A stretch of 64,000 bases of DNA from Octopus bimaculoides (GCF_001194135.2 NC_068990.1:2880733-2944732); one strand, 5' to 3'; shown: positions 25,593-39,562, numbered from the stretch's first letter. Made by a program: numbers and translations. Notes: a model not told the origin generated them from the sequence alone.

Positions 25593-28111
25593 NNNNNNNN
25601 NNNNNNNNNNNNNNNNNNNNNNNNNNNNNNNNNNNNNNNNNNNNNNNNNNNNNNNNNNNNNNNNNNNNNNNNNNNNNNNNNNNNNNNNNNNNNNNNNNNN
25701 NNNNNNNNNNNNNNNNNNNNNNNNNNNNNNNNNNNNNNNNNNNNNNNNNNNNNNNNNNNNNNNNNNNNNNNNNNNNNNNNNNNNNNNNNNNNNNNNNNNN
25801 NNNNNNNNNNNNNNNNNNNNNNNNNNNNNNNNNNNNNNNNNNNNNNNNNNNNNNNNNNNNNNNNNNNNNNNNNNNNNNNNNNNNNNNNNNNNNNNNNNNN
25901 NNNNNNNNNNNNNNNNNNNNNNNNNNNNNNNNNNNNNNNNNNNNNNNNNNNNNNNNNNNNNNNNNNNNNNNNNNNNNNNNNNNNNNNNNNNNNNNNNNNN
26001 NNNNNNNNNNNNNNNNNNNNNNNNNNNNNNNNNNNNNNNNNNNNNNNNNNNNNNNNNNNNNNNNNNNNNNNNNNNNNNNNNNNNNNNNNNNNNNNNNNNN
26101 NNNNNNNNNNNNNNNNNNNNNNNNNNNNNNNNNNNNNNNNNNNNNNNNNNNNNNNNNNNNNNNNNNNNNNNNNNNNNNNNNNNNNNNNNNNNNNNNNNNN
26201 NNNNNNNNNNNNNNNNNNNNNNNNNNNNNNNNNNNNNNNNNNNNNNNNNNNNNNNNNNNNNNNNNNNNNNNNNNNNNNNNNNNNNNNNNNNNNNNNNNNN
26301 NNNNNNNNNNNNNNNNNNNNNNNNNNNNNNNNNNNNNNNNNNNNNNNNNNNNNNNNNNNNNNNNNNNNNNNNNNNNNNNNNNNNNNNNNNNNNNNNNNNN
26401 NNNNNNNNNNNNNNNNNNNNNNNNNNNNNNNNNNNNNNNNNNNNNNNNNNNNNNNNNNNNNNNNNNNNNNNNNNNNNNNNNNNNNNNNNNNNNNNNNNNN
26501 NNNNNNNNNNTATATATATATATATATACATTACCAAATATACATGTGTGCGTGTATCCATTACATTATCAGCCAATCAGGGCGTCCAGCTAACTTACTT
26601 TCTGCAATTTATGCTGCATTTCGTCTTTGTGCTCACTATATACATCCCGGAACACTATCATCAAGCATGTTTCAGAATTTATTCAATGAAACAAATACTT
26701 CACCACCAATAAATGTTCTTTGCTTACAGACACACACACAAACACGATTATACGCATATATTGTTCATATATAAATATAATAGCTCTTCCACATTCATTG
26801 TCATTCTCTATCTCTTACTGTATCAATATGTATGCTTATGTGCGCGTCTATATATGTGTTTCTGTGTGAGCGTACATTGCGTCTGATCTCTTCACTCTAT
26901 TGTTACGCTTTATCAGTTCACATTAAGCAATATACTTCACTCTTCGCACCACCCTACTACCCTCACCAATATATTCACAATTAAATATCAATATCGGTCA
27001 ACCAAAGAATGCGTCTGAAAGAAAGAAAAAATGTCCGCCCGACGCTCATTCACTTCAGATTAACCAATATAAACAAAGTGACTAGCAATTCATAAATATT
27101 ATATATGCCAACCAACATTAGCATTCCCAGTTGATTCTACTGAATAGAGTTCACATTTACTCTAAGCATATTTATTTCTTATTAGTTTCTCCAATGTCTC
27201 CTGCACACATATGTTATTACTAACTTAACTACATTTTTGCTTACAATAGCTTACTTATTTCCTATAACCCAATAACTCCTTACATTTGTTTAATGTGTGG
27301 TTTAGCCTTTCTTCTGTGAGTAGAACAAAGTTAATGTTGCGATGACATGCGTCGTAACGGCTGGATCGTGTCAGCAGTTACCTCCCGAACATCATATTTG
27401 TCAACAGTCATAATTGCCTTGTTATCTTGGCAGCCACTGCATACTTATTTGTTTTTTAATTCCTTAATGTGCCTTGCTTGAATTCTTACTTCACGCAATG
27501 AAGCAACGAAACATTATGAAATACCAATTGGTGAATAACCACAGGCTGATCAGCCCTAGTAGGTCTTTTATGAAGACAAAATACAATGAATACCTCTTTT
27601 TTCAGTGTGGCATTCGTCATTGTCAAAAAGTGTAAGTTTTGGATTTTAGAGAGATTTCACTATTTTCCGTTGATCACATGATGTCGTGATGGTTTCCTTC
27701 ATGGCTCGCACGAAATACCAGTATGCTCATTAAAGTAATATACAGCTCATTATCAAAGACATGATTTAATCTGGGATAGCAAAATTATACTAATATAATC
27801 AGTTGCATTCTGCTAAGTAATTCATCATGGAGTTTATTAAATATCTATCCAATTATCAGGAAATTTGGTGGCAGGATTGCTGATCATGAAATCGATATGT
27901 CCAAATGCGTTTATGAGAGTAAGAAATCAATATTTCTGAATATATACGTCCGATCCACCAACCATCCATCCTTATATACAGGCATACATACATAGTACCT
28001 GGATATATGGACAGACTTACATACGCGCGCGCACACACAAATACACAGACAAACACACGCGAAGACATATATATATATATATATATATTTTAGTGCGTAT
28101 ACATGTATATC

Positions 28112-28142
<31 letters not shown>

Positions 28143-28351
28143 CANNNNNNNNNNNNNNNNNNNNNNNNNNNNNNNNNNNNNNNNNNNNNNNNNNNNNNNN
28201 NNNNNNNNNNNNNNNNNNNNNNNNNNNNNNNNNNNNNNNNNNNNNNNNNNNNNNNNNNNNNNNNNNNNNNNNNNNNNNNNNNNNNNNNNNNNNNNNNNNN
28301 NNATGTATATAGGAAGGTTTGGAGGTAATGTACAGGTATTATATATTAGAA

Positions 28352-29002
28352 GTGAAAAACAATTTCACATGTGCTTCAGAGAACCTAATATATGTATTAA
28401 CTTGTTCTGGGTGTCGAGAGCTATATATAGGCCAAACCAATACAGTCTACGTCAAAGGATGGCTCTACATAGATCCCAGATCAAAATTCGGGAATGCAGA
28501 AAAATACCATTCAGCGAACACAACGACATTTGCGTCACTAACAAACAACCCAGCTTCAGAATTTTTCCCCTCTATAAATTCAGGGTCACTGCAACCTGTA
28601 GTCAGCGCATTAGCAATAGCATCATATTTTATCACAAAATATAAACCCCTTTTGAATACTTCCACCACAAATGGCATTATTACAAGGGCATTAGAATAAT
28701 ACCCTCGCAAATATTAAAAACGATATATTCAGAACAGTTAGTACCCATGGATTTATTCAGACAAATTCCAATCACTACTAGTACAACCACAACAGGTCAC
28801 TTTTAGGTCACTTGACCATTTAAGAGGATTCCACCAACATCCTACTGCTGTCACATCTCTGCCGTATTTGTATTATTCTTTCTCTTCACTTCCTACTCCC
28901 TCTGTTTCTTCTTCTTTTTCTTCCTCTGGGCATCTTTCTCAGCTACTACTTCTGCAAAAACAATCAAAACCAAGAACTCATATCAAATATTAGGACTGCT
29001 AC
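28352..29002 (+). mobile_element. Penelope-like element: upstream partial copy (GIY-YIG + 3' region, pLTR-like)
   Basis: KNNFTCASENLIYVLTCSGCRELYIGQT / YSLRQRMALHRSQIK (frameshifted) is a GIY-YIG endonuclease; direct repeat of 29780-30409. Confidence 0.9.
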
Positions 29003-29281
29003 NNNNNNNNNNNNNNNNNNNNNNNNNNNNNNNNNNNNNNNNNNNNNNNNNNNNNNNNNNNNNNNNNNNNNNNNNNNNNNNNNNNNNNNNNNNNNNNNNN
29101 NNNNNNNNNNNNNNNNNNNNNNNNNNNNNNNNNNNNNNNNNNNNNNNNNNNNNNNNNNNNNNNNNNNNNNNNNNNNNNNNNNNNNNNNNNNNNNNNNNNN
29201 NNNNNNNNNNNNNNNNNNNNNNNNNNNNNNNNNNNNNNNNNNNNNNNNNNNNNNNNNNNNNNNNNNNNNNNNNNNNNNNNN

Positions 29282-30409
29282 CTCAGAAATACTAGAATGA
29301 ATATCCCTTTTAACCTAGCACAAATGATTTATACAACTGATTCTAATACAAGCACCAGGGACACATGATTACATGCACTAAAGGATACACTCATTACCAG
29401 GGACTACCCACCATCACTAATTGATATAGGCCTTCAACGTGCCCTACAATGCAACATCCAAGAACTCAAACATCCCAAATTAAACAGGAATTTACAGCCG
29501 AAACCCTACCATACATATCCACACACAACCCTCTTAACAATGAAGTCTTCGACACTAATACTCCAGAGTATACCCCTACTAAAAAGGGACCAAAGAATGA
29601 ATCTAATCCTACAGGGAACACCGTCATAAAAAGCAAAAGACAAACCAAGTCTATGAAAAGTCTCCTAACGCTCGATAACAAAGTCGTCAGTAAAAAGTGC
29701 GGAAGACCTAACTGTGGTATATGCGTCAGCTTAATTGAGGGATCGAAGTTCTCTTTCAAACAGCGTCAAAGTTTTACAGAGAAAAACAACTTTACATGTG
29801 CTTCAGAGAACCTAATATATGTATTAATTTGCTCTGGGTGCCAAGAGCAATACACAGGCCTACCCCAAAACAGTCTACGTGAAAGGATGGCTCTACATAG
29901 TTCGCAGACAAAAATTCGGGAATACAGAAAAATAGCATTCAGCGAACACAACGTTTGCGCCACTAACAAACAACCCAGCTTCAGAATTTTATTTTCCCCT
30001 CTATAAATTCGGGGACGATGCAACAAGTAGTCAGCGCATTAGCAAAGAGTCATATTTTATCACAAAATATAAACTCCCCTTGAATGCGTCCACCACAAAT
30101 CACAATATCACAAGAGCTTTAGAATAAAACCCTCGCAAATATTAAAAACGATATATTCAGAACAGTCACTACCCGTGAATTTATTCAGAACAATTCCAAT
30201 CACTACTATTACAACCGCAATAGGTCAATTTTAGGTCACTTGACCATTTAAAAGGATTCCACCAACACCCTACTGTTGTCACACCACTCCCGCATCATTA
30301 TTATTCTCTCTCTTCTCTTCCTACCCCCTCGTCGTCGTTGCCGCCGCCGCCGCTACTAATGTTGTTCAAACAATCAAAAGCAAGAATTCATAACTATTAG
30401 GACTGCTAC
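29282..30409 (+). mobile_element. Penelope-like element (Neptune-type): RT thumb, Cys linker, GIY-YIG, 3' region
   Basis: RMNIPFNLAQMI...LKDTLITRDYPPSLIDIGLQRA (thumb), KKCGRPNCGIC (Cys-rich linker), NFTCASENLIYVLICSGCQEQYTG...LRERMALH (ORF 29449-30006). Contains stops and frameshifts. Confidence 0.9.
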
Positions 30410-30731
30410 TACCTGCTACCAAGCCCTCACAAGAGTAAAAATGAGAGACAGACAGACAGACAAAAGGAAAATATCCCTTGCATTTGAAAACTATGGAAAT
30501 ATTTAAAGAAAAAACAGAAGAGAAGGGAAGGAGTGAATACGTCTGAGAATAGTGGGTATGGGTAATATGATAGGGCCGTATTAAGGGAGGGGTGGCGAAA
30601 AGGTATGGGTGGGGTGATACCACAGTAAGCAATAGTTTCAATAGTAAAATTTAAAATGGAGGGCAGAATACAAGGATGTCAAAACTTATATAAATAGACG
30701 TATGTGATAAGTTAGTATGATAGGTAGGAAT

Positions 30732-30913
30732 CAGGGTGGCCCAAAAGTAGGTTTACAATTATTCAACTATGTCTTAATTATAAAAATATATGAAACCATT
30801 ATTCTATGCTAATTTAGTTAATTGTAAGATAGAAAGTTAAATGTAATAAAATGTTTTAAAAGAAATATAAAGTGCTTACGTGATAATTGTAAACCTGCTT
30901 TTGGGCCACCCTG
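30732..30913. mobile_element. Tc1/mariner-type MITE, 182 bp
   Basis: 31-bp TIRs cagggtggcccaaaag(t/c)aggtttacaattat with 1 mismatch. TA on the right side; left flank degenerate. Confidence 0.85.
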
Positions 30914-32150
30914 TATTTAATTGCAGTATAATCGAATCTTGATAGAGAAGTATAATTAACTTTAGTATTTTACTTGAATCATATAACTTGTACATGTTTT
31001 ATCGTTCTAAATGCATTTTAAATCCTGCGGGATTTAAAATGCGAACGTAAATGGTCTTAGTGGCCCACCATTAAAGAGCACCGAGTATTTTACTGCTCTT
31101 ACTAAATGTGATAATTGCACAACTATATATATCTTAAATGATTTATGCAGAAAAACATTAAATGAAATATTTTAATACTTAATCATTCATCATCAAAGGT
31201 TTCTATAAATCGAGAATAAGCTTTATAGACTTCGAGCAATTTTAAAAAATAAGAACGCGGTGTAGAGTTCATGTAATTCTCATGGTCATTAACACTATTA
31301 ACCTAACATGAGAGGAAGTCACAACTGACTGGATACATATTATTCATGAAGTGCAAACGAACTCGTTTATTTTATAGGCTACGCTTAGACATTTGATATA
31401 TTTACTGCAGGGTAGCGTTAGCTCTTATATACTAACTACAGTCCATAAACTAGAAGTGCTGTGCTAATATTGGATTAAGCAAATTTGACTTGAAATATAT
31501 AGTAGTCGATATTAATTTCTTTCATTAAACATGCTCCTGTCTACTTCATCTCTAGTCTGTCAAGTTACACAAGTTTACTGATGATATTTCTTCTTTTTGT
31601 CATCATCTCTCACTTCCCTGCGGTGGGGTGAATTTCTGTGTCACATTCCATTTTTTATCGCCTTATATCCTGATATACCACACGTCGAACAAGCCAACCA
31701 TAACTCTTCTAGGCAGTACACTTTTATGGCTGTAGTTCGAACAATGAAACTAATAACAAGGTTATATATATATACATAAGACTGCGCATCGTAATCATTA
31801 AGATAAAACTTACTTGGAAAAGGATGCGTGGAGTTCGATCACATAATAAATAATATAAANNNNNNNNNNNNNNNNNNNNNNNNNNNNNNNNNNNNNNNNN
31901 NNNNNNNNNNNNNNNNNNNNNNNNNNNNNNNNNNNNNNNNNNNNNNNNNNNNNNNNNNNNNNNNNNNNNNNNNNNNNNNNNNNNNNNNNNNNNNNNNNNN
32001 NNNNNNNNNNNNNNNNNNNNNNNNNNNNNNNNNNNNNNNNNNNNNNNNNNNNNNNNNNNNNNNNNNNNNNNNNNNNNNNNNNNNNNNNNNNNNNNNNNNN
32101 NNNNNNNNNNNNNNNNNNNNNNNNNNNNNNNNNNNNNNNNNNNNNNNNNN

Positions 32151-32402
32151 GTTCCCCACAGTGGGGTGTTTCGGAACAAGTTGTCCATATTTGTTTCCGT
32201 TTCTCCGATTTCTGCGTTTATGCATCCGTATATAACCCTTAACCCTTGTTGTAAAATTTCATGAAAAAAATTTGAAAAGTTAAGGAGTGGGTGTATTAAA
32301 AAGACTAAAAGTAGATTTTTTTTGCATATTCAGAATTTTCGTTAGAGACAAGGTCGGAATCCGTAGAAAAAAAATGCAGAAAAGGCTTATTCTCAGTGTT
32401 CT

Positions 32403-32434
<32 letters not shown>

Positions 32435-32830
32435 ATGAAAAAGTTTTAAACGGGGAATTATTCCATTTAATATAATGCTTATAATAGAGATTATGGCATA
32501 GATTATACTTTATACCCCTTGTATATTTAACTATGCGTGTATATTCCTTATTTTTGCTTCTGGTGTTTTCTGCCTTTCTATTAGAACCGTTTACCTGACA
32601 ATTTACTTAAAGTGAAAAAATCATGTGCAACAGATAAGTCGCCTTGATAACATATATCTGTGTACCAGACATTTAGCTGTTATTTTTAGCATGAGTTATC
32701 TGGTGAGGGCTGGCTTCATTTGCCTTCATTGCCTGTTGTTTTAGTAGAAATCTACGGAAACACAAAGACACAACACAGAAAATGTAACAAATATGAGCGA
32801 CTTGTTCCGAAACACCCCCGAGTAGGGAAC
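32151..32830. mobile_element. Putative non-autonomous DNA transposon with 45-bp inverted repeats
   Basis: 32151-32195 is an imperfect reverse complement of 32786-32830 (core ggggtgtttcggaacaagt identical). The true left end is hidden in the N gap. Confidence 0.55.
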
Positions 32831-33279
32831 ATTTGTCAAAAATAAACCCCAATTTTTTTCCCGAAATTCTTATATGCTTGGAATCTACATAGTCCAAGGT
32901 GTATCTGTAGACAACTTCATTTAGACAACTGCAATGATGTAAACATACGTGTGTGTATGTGTGTGTAAATAGCTGGTTACTTAGTTACTATGTTGACATT
33001 GACAAAACAGTTAAGTGAAAGTGCTAATAAGTCGAACTGTACCAAGAATAATCACATGAGATTTAAATGTCAAATATCAAATCTTAATAAGGCGACTTAT
33101 TCCAAAAATGTCCGAAATATGTACCACATTTAATTAATTGAAAAAAAGGCGTCTATCTCGTTATGAAATGTTTTTCTAACATGGAAGTACCTTTAGAAAT
33201 CCTTTTTTCTCAGAAAGTATCACAACTGTAAAGATGTATAGATATGTGTGTGTGTGTAAATAGATGGTTAGGACACCAA

Positions 33280-33870
33280 AGACAAGAAGTTCAAACACTG
33301 GAAATTGAGAAAACGATTTGAAGAAGTGTATCTTTCTATAGAGAGCAATATTCTTTGCCTGTAAAATCTTAATTTTTTTCCTCTTGTATGAAGATGAAAG
33401 CCGCTATCACCGAATCTACATTTGTGGGGAGGAGAACAATTTCGGATGGCTTTTACGGCTCCTCTACTTCAGATGCCTTGAAACTGGCTGCTGTAACTTG
33501 GGTGAAACTAATAGGTATTTCCTTTGCGTTCTCATTTTTTGAATTACCAGGCAGCGCTGGGAACTCTTCACTTGATAATTCAGAATCGTTCGACGTTTCT
33601 GCCACATCCGTTATTATATCCAACAATATTTGTTCCATAATATCTTTTTTTAAACAATCAATATTTTAAAAATAATTATGTTCACCCCTTAAAAGGGAAA
33701 ACAATCAATTATTCACCCCTCAATAGGAGAAATATAACAGCAAAAATTCAAGAAGTTCAACAATAATAATTCCAACAGTAAAATAAACTTACTGTAAGCC
33801 ACAACGAAGTGAACAGGAGAAAGGAGCAGTGCTCGTAACATTTGCAGATCCTATAAGGAAGATGGCACCG
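33280..33870 (-). mobile_element. Possible LINE 5'/ORF1-like remnant
   Basis: Low-complexity acidic/Ser ORF 33453-33638 (MEQILLDIITDVAETSNDSELSSEEFPALP...) continuing in broken frames; no diagnostic motif. Confidence 0.3.
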
Positions 33871-34049
33871 TTAATATTCCAGGCTAACATTTACAGTCCT
33901 ACACATTAGGAGTTATGCTCCTGGAAACATGGCAGTTGAAAATTGACGGAAATATATGACTCGCAAATTAGGGGTTCAGAGTAATGCGCTCCGTGAAAGC
34001 ATAAGCATCACACAGAAAAGAAATACAAGAATTGTGCTACTGGCTGAAG

Positions 34050-34330
34050 TGCCATCCAGTTTGGCAGAATCATGTCTTTTCTTGTAATCCAAACCATTTC
34101 CAGTTTAGGTAGGAATGATTAGCTCTAGACAGGTGTATCATTCAGTTTCCAATGTTCCTAATATGAGCGGAAAAGCTGAAAAGAAATGCTTCACTCATCC
34201 GCATAGGTGGTTCTGATAAGTAGAATTGAGGCATCTGTGATCTCAGGGAGTATTAGCGTCAAAGTTTGAGGGACACCAATAACTCGGCAGTCATAGGATC
34301 TAAAGGAGCTGTGCGGTCAGTATGTGTTGT
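34050..34330 (-). mobile_element. Highly decayed LINE reverse-transcriptase fragment
   Basis: In-frame GVPQ (34277-34266) ... YADE (34205-34194) resembles RT motifs GVPQGS and YADD; the intervening residues are poorly conserved. Confidence 0.4.
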
Positions 34331-34897
34331 GTCGAAGGTAAAGTTTAATGTTTGGTTCCGTTCCTCTATTCTTTGACTATTCGATAAAATATTGCATTAA
34401 TGGGGAATGTCAACTAACCTCTATAGCTACTAAATTTATGGGCGTTAATTAATGCGAAATATTGTGAAAATTTACACACGTACATGCCCAGTCGTGCACA
34501 CAGGCATACACGTGAGTGCGCGCGCGGAGTTTATGTTTGGAGATTTTTCCTCATTAATACAGAGTGAAAATTGATCAGAAAATTAAGGGACAAAATGTCA
34601 TTACAAGCTCTTCTACGTTTCAACAACATCAGAATAATGAGTTATAGAGAAATATCATTACTTTCGTCAACGAATATAAATATCTACTTAGTTTTATTAA
34701 TGCTATACGTATTAAGTAAGATTATGCAAAATTATATATTAAAACAACAGATTAATTATAAAATATATGATCGGAATATATATTAATCACAATCTTCCAC
34801 GACATTCTCATTCTAAAATTCATTAATAATTCGCATCTAAACCCACAAACACACACACATAGCTATACTTACGATTTAACGGAACACACATACATAT

Positions 34898-34948
<51 letters not shown>

Positions 34949-35402
34949 NNNNNNNNNNNNNNNNNNNNNNNNNNNNNNNNNNNNNNNNNNNNNNNNNNNN
35001 NNNNNNNNNNNNNNNNNNNNNNNNNNNNNNNNNNNNNNNNNNNNNNNNNNNNNNNNNNNNNNNNNNNNNNNNNNNNNNNNNNNNNNNNNNNNNNNNNNNN
35101 NNNNNNNNNNNNNNNNNNNNNNNNNNNNNNNNNNNNNNNNNNNNNNNNNNNNNNNNNNNNNNNNNNNNNNNNNNNNNNNNNNNNNNNNNNNNNNNNNATA
35201 TATATATAGGTGTGTATGTGTACGTGGATACATACGTATGCATATACTCTATGTCAATTGCATTAGAGCAAACATATAAATGCAAAAACGCATAGACATA
35301 CATACATGCACCAAAACAGAAACATACACGGACACACACACTCACGAGCACGCACACACACACACCGACACACACACAATAACCCACCCACCTAACACAC
35401 AC

Positions 35403-35433
<31 letters not shown>

Positions 35434-36200
35434 TATATAACGCGCATGCTATTTCTTTCGGGCTGTAAGTTCAAATGCAGCTGAGTTTGATTTTCATACT
35501 TTCAGAAACTATAAAAATGTACCAGCAAAGGACGATGGATGTGGGAAAATACTAGACTGGCCGATTGAATGCCTACCAGAATCTGTTCTCATTCTTTCTG
35601 TCTGAGTTCACATCCTGTAAATTACTAAAAAACCCTAACATTTCTGTCAGTAGTTGCAGTTGCTAGAGAGTATCGACAGTTTCAAAAACCAGAGGAACAA
35701 TGATTTCTTTGGTTCGATAGAAAAATATACCATGTTCGGCATACCGTATAGGTATGAAGCACAGCAAACTATGGCAAAGGTCAGATTGATTAAGCGTTAC
35801 GTTGGATCGCTGAAAGGAAAATATATTCTGAGGTAAAACAACCGTTTTCAACATTTAGACAGCCCAACGAGGGACATGAAACAAACCACTCGATATTAAT
35901 CTTGAAGCGTAACGACCACAGCTTCAGCTACAACCTTTCTTAGCCCAAATCCTTTATTAACGGGTCAAAAATGATGTTTTATATGTCCATTTGGAAAACT
36001 ATGTCTTTTAAAAATGTAAGGGCTCCCAGTGAGAATCTTTCGTTATATCAGCATAAAATTTTTTACATGGAATTTAAGGATAAAGTACAGGATTCATGAT
36101 AAACTTCTTCTCATGTTCGTTTCTGTGTACGTGTTTGGATGTATATCTATGTATAAATGTATATGCATACATACACACATACACCCACACATATATAGAT

Positions 36201-36235
<35 letters not shown>

Positions 36236-36260
36236 NNNNNNNNNNNAGTATATAAAAGTT

Positions 36261-36300
<40 letters not shown>

Positions 36301-36470
36301 GGTGTGTGTGTGTAGACAGATAGAACGATGTAGATATAAATCTATATATATATGTATATATATGAGTGTGCGTATGTGTGTGTTTACATATATACTCTCA
36401 TGCAAATGCACATACACACAAGTGTGTACGTATTCATGCATCAATATCTCCCCATCTCTCTGCATACATA

Positions 36471-36676
36471 TGAGGCGGGCGTGTTGAAATCTTCCTGGCT
36501 TTAAGGGTGCCGCGAAACACCTGGCTGGAGACCCAACCTTCCGAGTTGTTTTACAGAGCTCAGGAAAACTGAGGGACCGCTGCAATAAGTGAATCTATAT
36601 TTTGTATAAAATCATTAACTGATCCTCCTGTATTTTCGTTTACACAAAATCAGGAACTTTTCAGGAATTATTCGCG
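36471..36676 (+). mobile_element. Decayed mariner deletion derivative/MITE
   Basis: Left end TA-tgaggc...gttgaaatcttcctggcttt and right end aaatcaggaacttttcag are imperfect inverted repeats. Internal KLRDRCNK*IY resembles a mariner C-terminus. Confidence 0.55.
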
Positions 36677-36712
<36 letters not shown>

Positions 36713-37864
36713 CGTGCGTGTGTGAGCGTGCGTGCGCGCTTGCGTGTGTATTTTTGTATGTTAGTATCATGTACAAATTGAGAGCGTGACAGAGACAGGT
36801 GTGGTACGTGCTCATTACAATGTATAAAGTGATAGATTGGCAGGTATAGTAGAGTGCTTGTCATTTCATTCCTGTTTTTTTTTTTAACGTTTTAAGATAT
36901 CTTAATGAAATGAAGTCATATATTTGTATTTCCGAATCAGAATCAATCGATTATATACCTCCCTTACAAATATACAGTCTTATGACTGTATCTTATGGCT
37001 GGTTCTCAATGTCACTTGACGTGCAGAAGTTGTAATACAATTGTGAAGGCAGGCAGAAAATTTATTGTATTACGTTGGACGGCATTCTGTTTTAAACCCT
37101 GCAGTACTTGGTGTCCTTTTATCTCGCATGGGACGACAAATAATAAAATGTTGTCCACGTTAGTTTAACCGACTATAATTCTTCTGCACAAATTCTTGTC
37201 TTTAGACAAATATGTGCAATCGATATTATCTGAGAGTGGGGTCTGAGTGTAGTATTGTGGAAAGACTGCTCAAAGAGCAGATTGTAGGCGCTATGTTTTA
37301 ATTTTGTTATCTCTATTGAAGTCACTCTCTGATAGATATTTCGTCTAATGAAAAAGTGAAGTCTTGTAATTTTACTGTGTATTTTTTTCCTTATATCCGT
37401 GTAGAATAAATGTAGGTTGTTGACTTAGATGTCGATGACAAGAAAGGTCAATAGAAACGAAATCATTACAAATCCGAGATTAGATTTTTCCGAAAATTAA
37501 AAACGATATTCAAGAAAGGATTATGCATAAAAGCTGTCAAACAACAAACATTAAACTGGTAATGGAATAAAAATAATGCCAAATAATTATAGTATTTACA
37601 GGACTTAAATAGCAAATAGAAAACAAATATGAAGTCAGGTTGAAAACTATGCAAAATATGTAGTCATTTTGTTTTGTAGCAATATAAATTCTTATCTGCT
37701 AACTAGTATGTTGTTCTTTATTGTTACGAGTGGAATAATTATAGACAATATCTGCAACAATTAACCCATTTGAATTTGTGGTCATTTGTACAAAATATAT
37801 ATTGGATTTTTTAATTTATTGTAATTTTTAAAAAAATTCTATTATTTCACATGTGATTATATCA

Positions 37865-38236
37865 GTGGAGGCCCAGTGGTTAAGGCAGTGGACTTGCGTT
37901 CATAGGATCACAGTTCCGATTCCCATACCAGGCGCTGTGAGTGTTTATTAACCGAAAACATCTAAAGCTCCACGAAGCTCCGGCAGGGGATGGTGGTGAA
38001 ATCTCCTGTATTTTTTCACCACAACTTTCTCTCACACATTTTTCCTGTTTCAGTTGTACCCGTATTTCTAAGAGCCAGCCTTGTCATACTCTGTGTGAGG
38101 CTTAATCTCCCCGAGACCTACGTTAAGGGTACACGTGTCTGTTGAGTGCTCAGCCATGTGCACGTTAATTTCATGAGCAGGCTGTTCTGTTGATCGGATC
38201 AACTGAAACCCACGTCGTCGTAACCGACGGAGTGCT
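37865..38236 (+). mobile_element. SINE family C, full-length
   Basis: tRNA head (ggcccagtggttaaggcagtggacttgcg...ttccgattccc) homologous to 8375-8465, about 290-bp body, ends cgtcgtcgtaaccgacggagtgc. Confidence 0.8.
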
Positions 38237-38373
38237 ACGATATTGTGCAAATGTGCGGCATAAGAACAGTAAAATTATGGGAAACTATTTGAAAGTTGCC
38301 ATTTACGTATCTTCATTGAAACTTTAGATTAGGACAAAAAGATCTTGCAGTCAGCGATACTTTATTTTAACTG

Positions 38374-38535
38374 AGGCGACGGGCTGACAGAGTCTTTGCC
38401 TCGCCCGGCAAAAGCTCTAACAGCATTTCGTCCGCCTTTAAGTTCTGAGTTCAAATTCTGCCGAGATCAACTTTGTCTTTTATTTTGTTTTGAGATTAAT
38501 AAAATATGTACATGTTGAGCATTGTGTAATCAACG
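38374..38535 (+). mobile_element. SINE family A, 5' part
   Basis: ggcgacgggctgacagagtc...gttctgagttcaaattctgccgagatcaactttg. Confidence 0.7.
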
Positions 38536-39243
38536 TTGTAATGAACTTTCCCCACCCCACTCCACATTATTTTATTTACATCTACACAGTAATTTTCCCT
38601 TCAGATTATTTTCAACTGCATCGTCAATTATCAAAGGTCTATGAAAAAGACAGTAATAGCCTGTAATAAAAGTTAATAGGCTCTATACCTCACCTTAAAC
38701 ATATGCTTGTTTGTCTTGAAGACACTGTTCATTTTTGCTGTGAGGAAGCTGGGGCGCGGAGGAAATTGTACAAAGTCCAACTAAAATCATTGCATCTTTT
38801 GATTCAAATCACACTGCTATTACTTTATACATCGCTAATGCATGTTATGTGAAGTTCAGAAGTGAGATGTTATAACTAAAAATGGATCTAACGAAAGTAG
38901 CATTAATTTTCTAAGGTCGTTCAATTTGTTTCCCTTGATCATTGGACCATTTGAGTAAACATATGCGTAATGTACCTATAATGGCTACTGGAAACAGTTG
39001 TAAGCCAAATTTGCTCCAATAACGGAAGATGTAATGACCATTATTTTTAACGTGTTTCTTATTTATCACTCTGTATAAAAAACATTTTGTCTGGAGCCTA
39101 TCCACGGATTTACAATATAGAATTGTAATGGACCATAACTTTGGACCCTCCCAGAAGATTAACTGAAATTCTTTACTAATGTAAATAATAGTACAGTTCA
39201 ATATTTAAGAGATGAGGGATTATGTACATTATTTACAATTGTT

Positions 39244-39289
39244 AACACAACGTTTCGGCTGATATACCCTCCAGACTTCATCAGATGTC
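39244..39289 (-). ncRNA. Minimal type I hammerhead ribozyme motif
   Basis: Minus strand GACAT CTGATGA A GTCTG-gagggtatat-CAGCC GAAA CG TT GTGTT. Core intact; stem I fully paired with G-U; one stem II mismatch. Confidence 0.7.
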
Positions 39290-39516
39290 TTGGGAAAATT
39301 TCGAACCTAGGTTCTCATTCCTAAGGTATTTTTTGATGGTGTAGTTGTTATTAATATTATTATTATTATTATGATTATTATTATTATTAGTATTATCATT
39401 ATTATTATTATTCAGGTCACTACCTGGAATCGAACTCGGGATCTTGGGGTTAGTAACCACTACGCCATATACCCACGGGCATATGGTGTAGTGGTTAAGG
39501 TTCTAAATTTCTCCAA

Positions 39517-39562
39517 GACACCTGATGAAAGCTGGAGGGTATATCAGCCGAAATTTTGTGTT
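39517..39562 (+). ncRNA. Decayed hammerhead motif
   Basis: GACAC CTGATGA A AGCTG-gagggtatat-CAGCC GAAA TTTT GTGTT. G10.1 and the CG of stem III are mutated. Confidence 0.55.

Noticed and set aside
26571-26580. AGCCAATCAG CCAAT-box match
   Set aside because: A single 10-mer with no supported gene start nearby.
31013-31042. 13-bp AT-rich hairpin as a Helitron 3' end
   Set aside because: No CTRR terminus at the expected distance and no 5' TC end identified.
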